Shown here piece after piece: positions 61,128 through 64,000 of a DNA stretch of 64,000 nucleotides. A program made the position numbers and the translations under genes. The notes beneath the pieces are model-generated. The model made no database searches, had not been told where the DNA came from, and saw only the letters and a program-made list of their open reading frames with translations. How positions within the stretch are numbered: the first letter of the stretch is position 1; each line of letters begins with the position of its first letter. Source of the DNA: Vicinamibacteria bacterium (GTDB lineage Bacteria; Acidobacteriota; Vicinamibacteria; Marinacidobacterales; Marinacidobacteraceae); contig OZ219815.1 of NCBI GenBank assembly GCA_964291235.2, positions 928,001-992,000 on the forward strand, in the 5' to 3' direction.

Positions 61128-61751
61128 ATGCCGACCCTCCTGCTCGCCACCGGCAACCCGGGGAAGGTGCGGGAAATGCGCGCGGCTCTGGCGGGAGCCG
61201 GAGTCCGCCTCCTGGGCCTTCCCGACCTCGCCGGGCCGCCGCCGGAAGAACCGGAGGAGACAGGGGAGGGATTCCTCGCCAATGCCGGCATCAAGGCGCT
61301 CCACTACCAGGCGGCCACCGGGATTCCGGCGCTCGCCGAAGATTCGGGGCTCGAGGTGGATGCCCTGGATGGTGAGCCGGGCGTCCGCTCCGCCCGGTGG
61401 TTGGGCCGCGATACCCCCTACCCGGAGAAAAACGGCCACCTGCTCGACCTGCTCGCCGCCACCCCGGTCGAAGGCCGGGGAGCCCGCTACCGATCGGCGG
61501 TGGCGATCGCGGTGGCGGGCCGGATCGTCTTCCGGTCCACCGGCACGGTGGAGGGACGGATTGCCGACGCCCCGCGCGGGAGTGGCGGCTTTGGCTACGA
61601 CCCGGTGTTCCTGGTGCCGGAATACAGCAGGACGATGGCGGAATTGACCCTTGAGGAGAAGGAGCGGATCAGCCACCGGGGACAGGCTCTTGGTCCCGTA
61701 CGCCGGTTCCTGAAAGCTGCTTTCGCGACCCACCCACCTATAATCCCGTAG
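61128..61751 (+). CDS. rdgB: Non-canonical purine NTP pyrophosphatase (Ham1/RdgB)
   Basis: ATGNPGKVRE, EDSGLEVDAL.G.PGV.SAR, GFGYDP and SHRG. Confidence 0.95.
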   Translation: MPTLLLATGNPGKVREMRAALAGAGVRLLGLPDLAGPPPEEPEETGEGFLANAGIKALHYQAATGIPALAEDSGLEVDALDGEPGVRSARWLGRDTPYPEKNGHLLDLLAATPVEGRGARYRSAVAIAVAGRIVFRSTGTVEGRIADAPRGSGGFGYDPVFLVPEYSRTMAELTLEEKERISHRGQALGPVRRFLKAAFATHPPIIP

Positions 61752-61756
61752 TTTCT

Positions 61757-61830
61757 CGGGGCGTGGCGCAGTCTGGCAGCGCGCCTGCTTTGGGAGCAGG
61801 AAGCCGGAGGTTCAAATCCTCTCGCCCCGA
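61757..61830 (+). tRNA. tRNA-Pro(TGG)
   Basis: Acceptor CGGGGCG/CGCCCCG, anticodon arm CCTGC-TTTGGGA-GCAGG and T-loop GGTTCAAATCC. Confidence 0.95.
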
Positions 61831-61882
61831 CGAGCGGGCGCCTCGCGGTCGCTCAGGGCCGGCCCGATCACGAAGCGCGGGA

Positions 61883-61959
61883 GCGCCAGTAGCTCAGTAG
61901 GACAGAGCGGCGGCCTTCTAAGCCGCGGGTCGGGGGTTCGAATCCTCCCTGGCGCGCCA
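61883..61959 (+). tRNA. tRNA-Arg(TCT)
   Basis: Acceptor GCGCCAG/CTGGCGC, anticodon arm GCGGC-CTTCTAA-GCCGC, GTTCGAATC and encoded CCA. Confidence 0.95.
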
Positions 61960-61980
61960 GCCGGTGGCCGCTCTTTCGAC

Positions 61981-62053
61981 GGTGGATGTAGCTCAATGGC
62001 AGAGCACCGGATTGTGGTTCCGGTGGTTGGGGGTTCGAGTCCCCTCATCCACC
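61981..62053 (+). tRNA. tRNA-His(GTG)
   Basis: G-1 plus GTGGATG/CATCCAC-C, anticodon arm CCGGA-TTGTGGT-TCCGG and GTTCGAGTC. Confidence 0.95.
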
Positions 62054-62375
62054 CGTCGAGCGGTTTCCGGACGGGGCCGTGGACCTGAACTGAGATAGAA
62101 CCCTCCGTTGTTTTTGGCTGAGGGCCCCGTCCGGAAACCGCCCGGCGCTGCGCGCCGGCAACCGCAACTCCCTTGCGCGCCTTCGGCGCGCGGCGGCGAG
62201 TTCCGGTTGGTCGTTGTCTTTTTGTGAAAGGGGGGTGCCCCCTTTCACACTTTCCCCCGAATCGGCGGGCGGCGAACCCGAGGTTCGCCACCATTTCTTT
62301 TTTCTCGGTGGCGCAAAGGCGCGGGAACCCCGGCCCCCAGCCCCGACAGCACTCCGGCACGGGAGCGCCGGTCTC

Positions 62376-63055
62376 TGGAGTTGCCCCGGGAAAACGGACC
62401 ACTCATAGTGCCAGTGGCACAAAGGAGGTCTGAGATGGGCAGTCCTGGCCGCCGATATACGGCGGAGTATCGAAAGCGGGTGGTTGCGCTGGTTCGCTCG
62501 GGACGTAGCGCCGAGGAAGTCGCGGATGAATATGAGGCGAGTCCGCGAGCGATCCGGCGTTGGGTGATGGACGCGGACGCGGCGGAGGGCCGCGGGGGCG
62601 ACGGCTGGACGACGGAGGAGCGGGAGGAGTTGAAGCGGCTGGAACGTGAGAACCGGCGGCTGCAGCGGGAGAACGCCTTCCTAAAAAAAGCGGCGGCCTG
62701 GTTCGCCCGGGAGACATCGTCTGGATGCGAGCCGGGCCGTGATGAGCGTGCGGGAGATGGGGCGCCTGCTGGGAGTGTCCCGCAGTGGGTACTACGCCTG
62801 GCGTGGCCGCGGGGCCAGTGCGCGGGTTCAGGCGGACGAGCGCCTGAAGGTGGAGATCGCGGCGGCCCATGCGGCGAGTCGAGGCACCTACGGGGTGCCG
62901 CCGATCCGGGCGGAGTCGGCAGCGCGGGGGAACCGGACGAGCCGGAAGCGGGTTGTGCGGCTGATGCGGGCGTTGGGGATCTGTGAGGTGAGCCGCCGAC
63001 GCCGCGTCCGCACCACGATCCGGGACGGCGAGGCGCGGCCGGCGCGCCTGGCGCT
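62376..63055 (+). mobile_element. Truncated IS3-family element
   Basis: Left end TGGAGTTGCCCCGGGAAAACGGACCACT; orfA from ATG 62435 (YTAEYR...ERENRRL..EN.FLKKA); slippery A7G at 62683-62690; orfB start (LGVSRSGYYAW, SRGTYG, RKRVVRLMR) breaks off before the DDE domain. Confidence 0.9.
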
Positions 63056-63973
63056 CTACCCCCGCCGCAGGTGCAGCATCCGGAAGAGCGGCGCGACCCG
63101 GGGCAGGTCCGTCCGGTTCCCCAGGTACCGGCTCGGGTTCGCGGCGGGGAATTCGTGTTCGAGAAGCTCCCAACCCGCCTCGAGCCCCATCCGCTCCGCG
63201 ACCGTCGCCGGGTCGAAGCCGGTGATCATCGGTTCACCGTGTTTGTCCACGAAACGGACAACGTCATCGAAGAGAGCGAGTTCCTCCGCGGGAACGCACT
63301 CGCGGGTGTTCAGGTAGTCGAGAGTCAACTCCGATCCGGCCGCCGCGAGGTCACGGACCTGGGCGAGGGTGGCGGGGATCGCCCCCGGCGCCAGGTAGTA
63401 GGTCACGCCCATCCAACTGAAGAAGGCGGGCGCGCCGCGGTCGAAGCCCTCGGCCAGGAGCCGGTCGACCAGTGGGTCACGCTCAAAGTCCACGTGGACG
63501 AAGTGAAGGTGGTCCGGGACCGAAATGCCCGCGGCCGCCATCCTTTCGCGCTTCAGGGCCGCGCTCGCCGGCAGATCCACTTCGAATACCTCAATCCCGC
63601 GGTCCGGATACCGCAGCGCGAACGTGTCAAAACCCGCTCCCAGAATCACGAGCTGCCGAATCCCGCGCTCCTTGGCCGCGAGGACCCGGTCGTCCGAGAA
63701 CCGGGCCCGGATGAGGACGTAGGTGTTCGTCGGCATGACTTTCCGGAGCAGCACTTTGGTGATCAGCCAGTGGCGGAAGTCCGAACCGATCACCCGCTGC
63801 CATCGCTCCCCCGCGAGATGGATCGCGAACGGATCCTCGACGACGAGCGGCCTCTTCGCCCTGGCGAAGTGGCCGGCCCGCGCGGCCGCTACCAGCTCCG
63901 CGGTCTGGCTACCGCGGACGCGCGACAGGTTTTCCGTGCTCTTCGGCTTCGGCTCGTGCCTTCCGCCCATCAC
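63056..63973 (-). CDS. SAM-dependent methyltransferase (LCM/Ppm1-like family)
   Basis: TA..VAAARA, DPFA, QLVILGAGFDT, FEVDLP, VDFERD and WMGVTYYL. Confidence 0.88.
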   Translation of the reverse strand: MMGGRHEPKPKSTENLSRVRGSQTAELVAAARAGHFARAKRPLVVEDPFAIHLAGERWQRVIGSDFRHWLITKVLLRKVMPTNTYVLIRARFSDDRVLAAKERGIRQLVILGAGFDTFALRYPDRGIEVFEVDLPASAALKRERMAAAGISVPDHLHFVHVDFERDPLVDRLLAEGFDRGAPAFFSWMGVTYYLAPGAIPATLAQVRDLAAAGSELTLDYLNTRECVPAEELALFDDVVRFVDKHGEPMITGFDPATVAERMGLEAGWELLEHEFPAANPSRYLGNRTDLPRVAPLFRMLHLRRG

Positions 63974-64000
63974 ATCCCCTCCAACCGGAGCGACGACATT

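Noticed and set aside
62739-63317. IS3 orfB as a functional transposase or fusion
   Set aside because: Similarity ends at about 63050 before the DDE core; the remainder is antisense to the methyltransferase gene.

Overview
High-GC bacterial chromosomal window covering the replication origin. It contains the glmU 3' end, a SIS-only GlmS-like gene, uvrD/pcrA, pyrE, gyrA-gyrB-dnaN-oriC-dnaA, rpmH-rnpA-yidD-yidC-rsmG-parS-parA-parB-bactofilin and atpF'FHAGDC. This gene order, plus amiC-GerMN-rph-rdgB-tRNAs, is consistent with Acidobacteriota (inference only). The accessory middle part holds: a 186-bp tandem repeat with two paralogous small membrane proteins; a sulfatase; an elbBCDE-like ether-lipid cluster flanked by fabH, a DAG-kinase-family gene and a CDP-alcohol phosphatidyltransferase; an uncharacterised exported/Tat operon; a LysW-dependent lysine operon; ino1; three tRNAs; and an IS3 remnant. 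The strongest lead is the lysW-X-Y-?-Z-J operon. It has no lysK in this window but embeds an EgtC/Dug3-like Ntn hydrolase, a candidate non-orthologous LysW-release enzyme. Two unnamed dispersed structured repeat families occur, one with a copy beside oriC. Three single-base frameshifts (uvrD, atpA, elbD) are probably sequencing errors because one hits essential atpA. All product calls come from motif recognition; no database searches were run.
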